DNA from: Tubiluchus corallicola
Lineage: Eukaryota; Animalia; Priapulida
Direction of reading: 5' to 3'
Length of the DNA stretch: 64,000 nt
NCBI GenBank assembly: GCA_030141605.1
Contig: JAQGDQ010000307.1
Coordinates: forward strand, 218,425-282,424
Both the position numbers and the translations under genes were made by a program. This document shows, piece by piece, positions 1 through 12,800 of this stretch. The notes beneath the pieces were generated by a model. It did not search any database and was not told the origin of the DNA. It saw only the letters and a list, made by a program, of their open reading frames with translations. The first letter of the stretch is position 1. Every line of letters starts with the position of its first letter.

Positions 1-1274
1 ACATGATACGTATATTAAACGTATCAATTATTTAGCTTTGGTTAAAATAGACAATTAAAAAAATCGAGTGACCGAAGGATTTTGCTAGTAGCTCTGCTAG
101 GTCCTTGAAAAAAATTGCGTTAATGTAGACACTGTTTAATCGAAATTTCCATTCTATTGATAAACCTTGAACGCTCTAGCAAACGATTAATAATTAATAA
201 AATTAATGTACAGTTAAATTAGCGACTTCTCTTAAGTTACATGTACATGTATTTTTGCTGAAAAAAATTGAAAAAATAATTGAAATTGATTTACCTTTCG
301 ATAATAATTTTCTTGCGCATGACTTTGCCAAAAGCAGCAGCCCTAGTCTACATCAAAGTAAAACGAAAAAGTTTTTCTCAAAGTTTAACAAATCCACACG
401 ATTTTGTTTTCGTTAAGCATGCGGAAATATTAACTTAATTGCGGAACTACTGCAGCCGCAACACTGAATGCTTTATTCACTGCTATTATTTTCATCGGTG
501 ATTAAAAGACGCTCATGTATAATCTTACAGACTTTTTCACGGGGAGAAGTTAACACAGACTGCGTTCTGTCCCTGCCACAGTAAAGCGACGCTCTCTGCT
601 CCATTTGCTTCAAGCTTGAGTTCAGTTGGTTTACTCACGTGGTTCTTTGTTGGTTGTTCAACTATTCCATGAACAAGACTCACAGTTTTGCACGAAAATG
701 TTGCACATAACGAAGGAATTCATTTATCTGTGTAGTTTTTATATAATAACGATGTATTTTATTTCTTAAGAAACATTAAGCATACAAATTTAGTAACCAG
801 CTCAAGCATCCCTTCAACCCCTTTCTGCTGTTACAACAATAATGGACACGACGCGATAGCGGTTTTCAGCAAAGCTAACATATCCTGCGTACATAAAAGG
901 GGAACCTGATTGAGATAATTAGACAATAATACTAATAACTGTACCGGTTTTTGTTGGCAATGTGTAACTGTATCAAAAGCGACAATTTTCATCTTAAAAC
1001 TTGTTGAAAATTTACACACGTGGGGTTATAAAGGGCATGAAACCATGAACTTGACAAACATACACTTACATCCAAAAATATAGCTACGCTAATCATATTA
1101 ATGCTCTTGCAGACAGCTTAAAATGGCATTTACCTTTTTTACAGCCCAATTAGGCACAGTAATTTCAGGTTGAAAATTTATCAAAATTAAAATTAATATA
1201 ATTAGTTAGAAAGATATTGGAAATGTTGAACTTGTCAGCTATAAATGATGAACCCTTTGGCTGTCATAATCACC

Positions 1275-1360
1275 GGGGAGCACAGTAGTCTAGTGGCTTA
1301 TTGTGTATGCCTTGTAAGCAGAAGGTCTCTGGTTTGAATCCAGGCTGTTCAAACTTTTTC
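1275..1360 (+). mobile_element. tRNA-derived SINE head or tRNA pseudogene
   Basis: A-box TAGTCTAGTGG (1286-1296) and B-box-like GGTTTGAATCC (1331-1341) at tRNA spacing, an anticodon-like loop TTGTAA and a T-run downstream. Acceptor and anticodon stems are imperfect. Confidence 0.65.
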
Positions 1361-2690
1361 ACATTTCCCGTCTTTCAAGTTCGATGTCAAAATTTAATTA
1401 ATCGTAGATTTGCACCATCATCAACACATGAATTATCTAAATGTTTTTTTACAAAATGTATTACTGATTTAAAACACGAACGTGTTAAATTTCATCATTT
1501 TTGACGATTTTTTATTCATTTGCTACAAATTAAATAGATAAAAAAATTATTTTTCTAACACTATCATAATTTAAACTTGAGTTTTCATTGACAAGCTGTT
1601 ACAATACAAATCTGTTACTTTATATGGGCCAACATATAAAGCGAAATTATTACATAATTTAAAAAGAACAGTAACTCAGCTACAGTGTTAAATAATCAAA
1701 CTACCTATAACTTAACCAAAAAAATCATAAGAAATTATAGCGTGACTATTTGTCTTTCTCATAGTTTCCTATCTATTATCGTAAAGAATATAGTGTGCTT
1801 TATACAGTGTAATTAATAGATTACAGTGATAACATAATTTTTTGGAATAATCAATGATACAATAGGTCCATACAAGCATTAAAAACTGTCATACTTTTAA
1901 AGTTCAAAGACAAAAGTTCACTAGAACCAATATACTATGTTTTACAAAGAGCTGTGAAACGAGGCCATTATAACATTATTAAAAAGCATCGAACCTTGCA
2001 AATGACTTCCTATTTGCAGAGTTTTCAAAAGTCTCTAAATATATAATTTTGCAATTTACATGTTACGTTCGTTACTGACACTGCCCAACAGGAACCATTC
2101 ACCTTCACAGTTATTCCTTACTATCTGACTAGTAAAAGACTGAAAATTTAATGTATACACTAGAAGTTTTTCTTATTGTAATTATTTGGCCCATTCTAGT
2201 CACCTGGCATCAAAGACTGGAATGTTTTGTTTGAATGGCAAGATTAGTTCCAAGCTCCATAACATAGCTGAAACATTCTAGAAGATTCATATAACAGTTT
2301 ATAACTTATCAAATTTTAAAGAATTAATAGTTTTACAAGGTTAAATTTAGTAACAAACAAATTTTGATGTTTTGCTGAATCTGCTTGTGCACCAACTACA
2401 ATTTCTTACACTGGCCTGAATTCTTAAAAAATATGCAATAGTGAAATAGTTGATCAGTTGAGTATCAATGACCTGAGTCAAATGAAGACGTGATAAACTG
2501 TGCTAAAAAGTGGGAAGGAAACATGCATAGACTGTTTAAGCTTGAAAATGTGTGAAAGTCATTAGTCAGGACACACTTGAAGCCATGTGTGAAAATGCCA
2601 GTTGTGTGGAAAGATGAGCAAAAGTGTTTGTGGGAGCTGTGTGAACTGAAGTCATCTGAACACCTTATGAAAACATCTTAAGTGGCTTAA

Positions 2691-3239
2691 AGGAAAACTG
2701 GATGATTGTTTAGACTCAATCTCATCTTAATTTACTGTCCAATATATATGTTTTCTTGCCTATAAAAGTTAACAATTGTTCCTTATATTTGAATAATTAG
2801 CTTAGAAAGTTAATTAACGGCAACAGAACACAGCTATTGCTTACGTCAGAAACTAACCACAGTTTGTGCAATGGCAGGCGTCTTCCCTTGAGCGTCAAGC
2901 AAATTTGCATAGGTGTTACAGTATTGTTTAAACGCATGATGTCACGAAAAATGGGTTTTACATCATATGACGTCTGAAACTAACACAGCGGTTCATGATC
3001 ATGGTAATCACGGTACCGTCTTCTATATGTCGGCCACGCGCACGTGACAAAAAGGCGCCGCTGCCAATCTTAGTGGATTCACTGAGCCGTGCGTAGCTTT
3101 GAAAGTTTAACGAAATTTAAGTATCCGAGGTAATTATTATTTAATCTAAGCTTTGATTTAAAAGAAACTATTGTAATTTTCAATATTTTAGAGCATTCTT
3201 TATTCTGAACTCGTGTTTACACAATCATCCGGTTTTCTT
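2691..3239. mobile_element. Non-autonomous DNA transposon with TTAA TSD (Kolobok-like)
   Basis: TTAA|AGGAAAACTGGATGATTGTTTAGAC ... GTTTACACAATCATCCGGTTTTCTT|TTAA: about 25-bp imperfect TIR, TTAA on both sides, CpG-rich core, no ORF. Confidence 0.8.
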
Positions 3240-3974
3240 TTAAAAACTAGTAAAGATTCTCGAACCCATTTGAAGAGTGACGATATATTTGGATATGTTT
3301 GAAACAAATTGAAGAAATGGGAAAATATTGGGAGATGTGTGAAATGAGGATGTGAGTGAAGCCATGTGAAGACATTAAAGTGTCAGAAAGTGGGTGAAGC
3401 TGTCTGAAGATGTATGAAAATATCCCCAAAGTGAATATTCTGAAAGGTTTTAATATAAGTTTTTCCTGTAAGCCAATCAGTATTTGAGTCACTACATTTG
3501 TATTTATTGCTAATGCACATGTGATCGTAATGTTTTCTTCAAATAAATTATTGTTTAAAACTAAGTGACGTTTATGTTAAACTATATACATACAGAATTT
3601 CTACATTGAACTGTGAAGCCCACAAGAATAACCTGGCAATGCCATCAGACGCATACGTAAAATCTTTCGAAGATGTATGAATTGCGTTTGAATGATATAT
3701 AATTTGATTAAAAATTGAAAAAGCAATTTAAAATTTTTCTGGTTCAGGTATTACTCTATTTTCAATCACAATTAGGTTGTTTGTGAGTATAGGCCCTGAA
3801 CTCATTTAGATAATTTTATTCTTGGTTTTAAGTCACTTATAGATTATACTTCAAATAATTACTAAGTTCTGTAATAATAATACAGACAAACTCAACATAT
3901 GCTGAAAATAAGTAGCTGCAGCAGCTCAATACCGTGAACTAATTCATGAAAACTTTAAATCTTAAACTGCTGTA

Positions 3975-6900
3975 TTAAAAGACATCTAATTCGATCATAA
4001 TGGCCACAGCAAGAAACAAAACATAAATAATGAGCAGGTAAATTCCATATGGTCGATTCATTCGAAACTTGATGAGAGGAATAATGATGAATGAAGACAG
4101 AACTGAAAAACTTACGGCTCCTACCAGCACCATATTCATCTTATCATAGTTGATCTGGAAAGAAATATTTTTTCTATATAGTTGGTATGTCAAATGTTTA
4201 AAATGTAATTAAGCTAGCGTGTACATGAAGGCAGACTAATATGCAGTCCTCTGATTATGACTGTATCTTTTCTTTGTTTCTTTTTTTACTAATATTTTAT
4301 TATTCCGTAATATATTTCTTGCTTTACACAGCCTAGTCTATGGTAACGCTTTCACGAAAATTCACTTTGGCAATAAAACTCAATTTTCATGGAACAAAAG
4401 TATCAAACAAAATATGCTATTGTACAGCACATGTGCTGCCATCTCATAGCAAAAACAGAACTGTTTTACAAATGAACAAAACCAATACATTTAAAAGAAT
4501 GGTTGACACTTTTATGCAAATCCGTAATGAAAATAAAACAAGTGCAAAGGCAGCAGTGAGATTTAACAAAAAATAGTGTTAAGATTTCAAAGTCTTCAAG
4601 TTATTAAGGTTACTTTCTATATAACAGATCTAAAAAAAGTTGCTCAACTTTATAGCACAAATGAAAAATATCCTTTTTGATATACTCCTACATCAGATTA
4701 TGCATTGTGCAAGTGTTTTTGTTTTCATTAATTTTAGTTCTAAAGTTTTAATCTTGATTATGACCTCTGCTAGGGATGTTGATATAAAGCCAATTAATAG
4801 TATTTAAATTTTTGTTTTGTTTTACACCTTTTTGTCTTGGCTGTTACATGTATAACTTACCCTCACTTATGCAAACACCACTGATTTGCTGCCACCTTGC
4901 AGCAACAACAGAAACTTCTTAAAACTATGAAGCAGAATATGAAGTTATATAACTTACGTTAATAATGTTGTTTTCCATTGGTATACAACCTATCAAAAAT
5001 GGTATGCCAATGCCAAGCAGAAGATCTAAGGCATGGTTAAAAAAATGAAACCAGTTCTAGATGTATTGCTGTTTTATTCTTTGCAGCTATAATTTAACAG
5101 TTATAAACTACCGTTTAAATGATGCCCTCTTTTCACTTCAGAGGCATTTCAAAAATATATCTGTAGCCAGTGGGTTTGTTCATGTTATGTAAGAAGTAAG
5201 CATGTGTAGTGCAAAAACCTAAAAATTTGCAGCTGTTGAATTTCCTTCGTCAGACAGGATGCATTGCCAAGCCACGTTAGTTGTCCCATGCGATATTTGA
5301 AAAACACTGTACCAGCTTTATTCTGTGCTGTATTTTTTACGCATAATTTTCAGGACTTGCACAGACAAACAAAATTAGTTCATCAGGCAAACATTAAAAC
5401 TCTGCAGTGTGGAAAAAACATGTGGCACAATCACATGCATAACATGGAGTAACGTATGGACTACTGTAGCAAATTTAGTAATTTTCAAATGAACAAGTTA
5501 GTGATTATCAGTAAAAGATTTGCTGGAGGAAATGAATGTTTTAAATACAAACATGTTGTGCAGGTTTCCCCGTGATAAGACCAAATAAGAGGCAGCAAGT
5601 TTCCTTTACAGATGTATATAGAACCAAAAGGATACTAAATAATGGTCCTCCGAAACAAGCAGAAATAGCCATGCGAGGAAAGCCCTGCTTGGCCATCAAG
5701 CTGTTTGCAACAAAATCCCCTATGCTGTTTCCCCAGGCTAGAAAGGTTAGTCCTAATATGGAGTTGCTGATATTGATGACTACACCGAATGCTTGAAGAA
5801 GACCGACGACTTCATTGGCCAAAGCAAAAATCCATACGATAGCAACAACAAAGCCAAAGTAAGCAAATGCCTGAAAAATTGTTATTGTTCATTTAGAAGA
5901 AATGATTATTACTATAAAAAGATTTTTTCCATCATTCACTGCCATTCAACTTCTGAGATATCAAAATTATCTTGTTCTTACTGCATTTTTTGTATCAAAT
6001 TCAGTTTAAATATTTGTATCAAGGCAATAAATGATTTGTCCAGTGTTCAAACAATTGGAGCATTGGTAATTTCATTCCCAATGTAGTTGGCCAAGCTCAT
6101 CTATGTGAACAAACTAACACTTATTAGTTCCATAATCTTATATTGACAAGTTTTTCCTGACATGTGGATGAACTGTAATTCCAGTTAATGCAAAAAAAAA
6201 CAGAGCTCTTTGGGTACCTACGAGTTTGCAACACGACTACTTCAGCAAATGAAAATAAAACACCACTGTCAAAATCTGTAATACATGTATGATGTATTTT
6301 TTCTCTGGTTGCATATTTTGTGTTTTTTTGGGTTCACCTATCTGAAGCAAACAAAAACCGAAAACAGACAGCAGTTTTTGTTTATTTTCTCGAACAAAAA
6401 TGCATCAACTTACATTAAAATTCGGCAAAACTGATTTCTCACTTTTTTCTGCAAAAGCTGGATCAATTTGTTCTGAGTTTTTTATTGAAAAATAATGTAA
6501 TTTTGTTGGAATAAAATACATTTAATAATTTTGAACAGTCAGGTTTCCCCAAAATATTGTAGGCATTTGATAATTTTCGTTTTTTTATGGTATATACATG
6601 CATTAGTGAAATGAAACGGGCTAGTATGAAAAATTATAAAGCAGCCTATGTCATATCCCTTCTTGACGATACACTTACAGAAGTGCAGGACATTTGGTAA
6701 CATCTGGCAACTCCACAAAAATGTTAAATGTTGGTCTTCGATAGATTAGCAAACTACAATATGACTGCATTGATGGTTGATCATCTTTTCTACAAAGCAT
6801 TAAATAAAACTCTGAAGAAAAACCAAAATAACTTCTTTGAAGAGATTAATGAGACACACTCACAGCATGATACTTAGGAATTCTATTCCAACTGCTCGTA

Positions 6901-9790
6901 AAAGCTACAAGTATTGCAAGAATTGCTCCAACAATTAAACCATAGGCCCACAGACGAAGTCCAAATTCTTCTTCAGCCACTGCAAATAATTACACAAGCT
7001 AATTTTAAATAAATTAACTGAAACTAACTAAAATATTTGAAGAAGAAGTAAGAACAAGATAAAAAGTAGCCCATAAAGTACCTGCATAACCCTTTGTAAT
7101 GCTAGCACATGGACAAAAAAGTCGCACAAACATCTGCTTTAATGAATGTATTCACTAACATGATTTACAAGAGATTATAATGGCAGCACTAGACATTTCC
7201 ATTGTGATATATTTCATCAAACATTTTAAATTGCTTCAAAGAACACAATGTGCATGTGGCAGGTTACAAGTTATAAAACCAATGAATTTTTTTACACTGT
7301 GTGTCAAGCACATTATTTCTTGCATAGCACACTTTATGTTTTACTAAAAATTATGTTAATGCATACTAATTTTAAACATCATTATCTAACTACTACTAAT
7401 TTTTCTAGTATACTTTTTACTTACATTCTGTCACTATTAGTATAAAAAATGGTGCTATGAAGCAGTGCCACACATTGAGCAATTTACACCATCCGTGTTT
7501 TTCCTCGTCTTCGTATTGAACAACAGGAGTTGTGATTGTCAAACATAAGAGCAACGGTGCCTATAGTTTAACACCACAACTTTACTGTAGTTTAGTCAAA
7601 TTTTTAAGGCAGTGAAATTTGCCCAAATGTATTTGATAAACTGCAGTGATTTCAATAAGGCATATATATATGCCTTATCAAAATCACAGCAGTTTATCAA
7701 ATACATTTACACACACATGTATGTATATATAAATTAATATGACATGAAAGTGATTGAAATCAAATGGAAGCATTTGTTAATTTATATGATCTTGCTCTTG
7801 ATTTCACAAAGAACTAGAATGCCACTAATAAATTCAATACCAGTTATATTATACACTAATATGCACATCCAGATGCATGTATATGACATGTGCACAAGGT
7901 AGTCGCAAAGGTTTAGTGGTATGCCTGCACCATATATCAGCGCCTTATCTGTCTTGACAATATAATAGACACATACGTCATTGTAAATCACTAAATGGCA
8001 ATTTATGGATTCTTTTAGTAAATTTTGAGTATTTTGTGAAATATGTTAATTCAAGTGCAAAGTCAGTACCGCAAAGCTCAAATGCAACATATTTAAGTTG
8101 CAAAAACTGTTAAAAAATGTTACCTTGATGATGTCATAGATTTTCAAATACCATGGATTTTCACGAAAATCTTCCCAGTTAATTGGTGATACAGTGTACA
8201 AAAGATCCACGATTGACCCAAAAATGTTCTCCTTCAATGTTAGTGCCTCATAATCCCACTCTTCATCATAGTAGAAATCATTATAGCCATCTGAAGGACA
8301 AAATCATTAAGGACAATCCTTTTCAAGGTGATTCTCATAACAATGTAACAATACAGTATCAAATTTGTCATAGTAACTGATTTTAAAAAAATCTCATAAT
8401 CACAAACCCTATATACAGCTTATAATCCAAAGGACCACTGTGTCTTCTGGCAGTAAACACACAAGCAGTATAATATTAAATTATATAATCACAAGCCAAT
8501 AGGCATATGATTAGTTTATGTGAAAGGACAACAGGCTTGCTCGTGTTAGCCACGACAACAAATAGTACTAGTTAATATAATGATAAACAAGCTATTATTA
8601 TTATTATTAGACAATGCATTCCAGTATATTGCATATTGCAGCAGCATATGTACAAGCAATGTACTGGCTTCTAAAGAATTACGTCACACCTTGAGATTTG
8701 AAAAAAATGTAGAGAGATAGAAATTGGTCGTTATAAATTTTATACATTAATATTTAAGCAAGTACATCACTTTTCCAATTCAGTTCATTTTTTCATAAGC
8801 AGTTGCGTGACTTTAGACATTATAAAAGTAAGTGTAATGCAGACACTTTTCAGCTAAAGCTATCACTCGGTTATCAGATTTTAAAATAAAGAACGGAGAA
8901 GCCGTCATTTTTGAATTGTTTTTGTGAACTGGGCATTTGTGAATTATTTTTGCATTTGTGCACGAAAAAATGTTTCAGCTTTTTAGTTCCCATTTCTTTT
9001 GTTTTCACGGCTTTGGTTTACAGTAATTTACACTATGCAACTAAAGTAGCAATTTTGCCTACGTGAAATAATGTAAACCCGTTGAGTAACTAGCATTTTA
9101 CAGATGGCAGAAATGGCAGTTTTAAATGGCAAGGTCAAGCAAACATCTTTTGACAAAAAATTTTGTAAGCAGTGATAAAGATTATGTTGCCGTCTAAGCC
9201 ACTAAGGAATATTCTAAAGATGGTAGCAGACAATCACTAAAGTGAATAAGAAGAAACTGTGAAATAAAAAGGTATGAATATCAACCTAGTTAACTTTAAA
9301 AGACATAATCTAGCATTATTGCAACAAGTGGCGCGCAATTTGTAAAGTAAAATAACCAGAATTCATTTTAGCTTGCAATTTATTATATGTTCTTACCTGA
9401 CGACTTGCTCGAAACTTCAGATACTGTACGAGAACGCTGTTCTGTTTCTTCAGCAAATCGCAAGCCTGAAAAAACAACAAAAAGTCCAGATTTTCAAAAC
9501 ATGTTCACAACTGTTTTGACCGAAAACAATCGAACTTGCACAACACAGTACTCCACAGAACACATACAGTCGACTCACGGTTGATAGACTCAGTCTCTTA
9601 AGTGAGTCAAAAACGCCTGGTACGGGCCGCTTCTCATCCAGCAATCTGACAGGGCCAGTGATTCCGATAGCAAAAGAAGAACCCTTAAAGGATGCTAAGA
9701 CAGGTACATCAAAAATGGCTTAAACTTCTTATATTGAGCTTGTAAGAATAAAAGCACTTAAAGATGAGATAGTGATCAGACATGTACTTG

Positions 9791-9842
<52 letters not shown>

Positions 9843-12800
9843 ATATACATAAAATCTGTCGGTAACTGACTCAAATAACTCTGCATGATTGACTCAATAT
9901 TTTACCATTACCACTGGAGGATGGAGGTTAAGCTGATAAATAGCTTATAAACCTCTACAATTTCCTTTGAGTTCTATAACTGTGTTTTAAAAGAAACAGT
10001 GGTACTCCAGGATCATGGACTGTGTCGCAAAACATTTTGCTGCCATTGAGGCAGTCTAGGCTCGACCAACTTTTCTGAGTTGTGCTGCCAATATCGATCT
10101 GATTGGGACTTAAACAGAGAAGGGTTAGTGCAATTGACTATATTTGCTGGCAATTTATTCCATTCGTGACATATTTTCCTTCACGTACTTAAAATAAGAC
10201 ATTTGTATGTACCCAAAGAGCCATGTATGTGCAAGATTTCAAATCATTAAAGAACAATTACTCGTACCTGGTTTTTTGCTAACTTGCTTCCTTTGAGACT
10301 CGCTTGTACCCGCACGAGAGCGACTCGATGACGACAATCCAGTTCTCCTGAAATAGTTTATAATAGCCAGTTACTGTAGAAATCGTAAAATCTAATAGGA
10401 ATGTGAATATCTATAGTTTGCTACCTGTTTGAGTAAAAAATTGTTTCGAGGCAACGAGAAGGATATTGACAGTATGTCATGAACTGAGCCAGTACTTTAG
10501 AGTGAAGTCTTAAGCTTGATATAGGTGATTAACAATAGCAATAAAAGCCTGTTATCTATTTGCTTTAAGGTTATGTTAGACTGTAAATCATCACATAACA
10601 ACAGAATTTACATCTACACCATTTTTAATATCCCAGAAAAATGAGATTCACACCTGCTTCCAGAGGAAGCCTTTGAACTTGCACGTGACCTTGATACCTC
10701 TTCACTGAGTACATTTAACAAACCAGGCAGAAGTTTTTGGCTGTCTCCTTCATCTTCTTCTTCTGCCACATCTGGAACTTCAGGTGTCATGGCTGGGATA
10801 ATAGCCAAAGCTTCTCCAATTAGTGCTAGTTCTGGAAAAGGAGTTATTATGTTATATCTTGCAATTATTTAAAGTGTTATTGCCCTAGGTCTCATACGAC
10901 ATCACTGCCATTTTGTTATCTTATGATTTGCAATAAGGAAAATTAGGCACCTATATCCTAAATACATTTTTAGGAACTAGGGAAAAATTACAAAAATTAG
11001 AGAACACGAATGCTTAATCTTTGCTACACGAAATTCCAATAAACAGTGGCAGTGATCTCACTGATTTGACTTCGTAAATCACATAGTTACGGCAACATGG
11101 AACAAAAAGAAATGCAGTTGACTAGTTTGTCAGATAGAGCTGGTAAACTGTCACTCATCAGAAGTTCACAGCACTTCTTTTAAAATGTACTATAGGGAAA
11201 ATAAACACTCTACTACAAGTGATAAAATCCCTGTGGTTCGCACACAAGAAAACTCCAATTTTATGCATCTGAGGTACTGATCAGTTCAACTATGAAAATA
11301 TTAATATTACCTCGAATTGCACTCAGTGTTGGGAATTCACTGAAACTACTCTGTTTTGTACCCTTGTGGAATCCAGCTGTGAGGCTGTCGAAGAGTGAGC
11401 TCCGTTGGTGAGATGTGTCTGTATCAGTTCTGCTTCTACCATGTTCTACTTAGAAAACAAGTTCTCATAGAATAATGCAGTGGAAAAATTATAAAGAAAA
11501 TGCCATCTTATTATCCTTAACACCAACACACTTAATACAACAACTGCCTACTGGAAAACAAATTCATGCTGGTAAAATGAGCTTTTATCAACTAAAAATG
11601 TGTTAATGCTCACTACACATTCAACTTCACTTTGCACAACGCTTTATTAAAAAAAGAACACTCGAACTGGACCACAGTACCAACAAAGCAAATTAGACCT
11701 ATAGATCTGATAAGAGAATTTTTTTATTTCAATAAAGAAATAACAAAATGGTCCTAGCTCATATAATCGGGCAAAAGTAGAAATTCTATATTGTTTTTAT
11801 GCCATTTTTGTATGTCAAATTGATAAGTGAATGGTTGTTTTCGATGTTTTCAGAATTTCACGTATGCTCATGTGCAAAAAAAAGCAACTAGGTTTTTAAT
11901 CTTTTAACAATCTTTTAAGCTTCAGCACGACTATTGCTACAACAATGGGTAAAAAGTCTTACCAACTTCATCTTCTGCTTGAGGTTCAGCAAAAGTCACA
12001 CGACCTTTTGGCTTTTTAGACTCAATTGGCACTTAAACCATAAAAAAACAAGTAAAACTGCTCTTATTAAATCCAGAAGTTTAAAATTTCTATCATTTGT
12101 CATCTTGTTATATTTTAATTTACAATAAGAGAAACTAGGTACCTATATCCTAAATATATATTAATACCATGCCAAGCTGTGATGTATCTGTTAGTGAGTA
12201 AAAACAAAAAGCAGAATTCTGGCTAGTACATCCATGTGTCCATCTATAATCTTTGTTTATTTGATATTAAAATTTTTATTTATCACAAAATCATCATTAT
12301 TACTAAAAACAGAAAAACAAATTTTTGTGGTCTCACCTTCGTCTAAATCTGGTCTTAATAAAGGAACCAGTATTTCAAGTTTTTCAATGGTGTCCAGTTC
12401 CTTTTCAACTACTACAGATGGACCAGTTTTTCCTAGAATAAGCAGAAAAATGGTAGACTGACAGGCCTACCATCAATTGCCTCTAATTGCTCCATTATAA
12501 CTAACTCTCAGAACTGCACGTGACACAATTCAATTGGAATCCACATACTGTTTCGATTTTTCCAGAGTACTATTTAAATTGAAACTAATTGTCAATAATT
12601 TTCTTTTGGTGCTGTGCAAATGAATTATGATATTAAAAATAGTACCAGTAATATTAAACATTATTAAGTATTTTTATTATTCATAAGTATTACTAACTCA
12701 GAATAAAAGCAAAAGAATGAGATGTTACTAGGCAAGTAGAAAATCAGATTTAAAGACCGAAATGAACACTGCCTGCCATAAGAAAACCTTAATATGATTT

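Noticed and set aside
1-1270. Additional gene at the left edge
   Set aside because: No exon chain or recognisable protein motif could be supported.
1275-1350. Functional tRNA-Thr(TGT)
   Set aside because: The T-loop reads GGTTTGAA rather than GGTTCGAA and the acceptor and anticodon stems pair poorly; better explained as a SINE or pseudogene.
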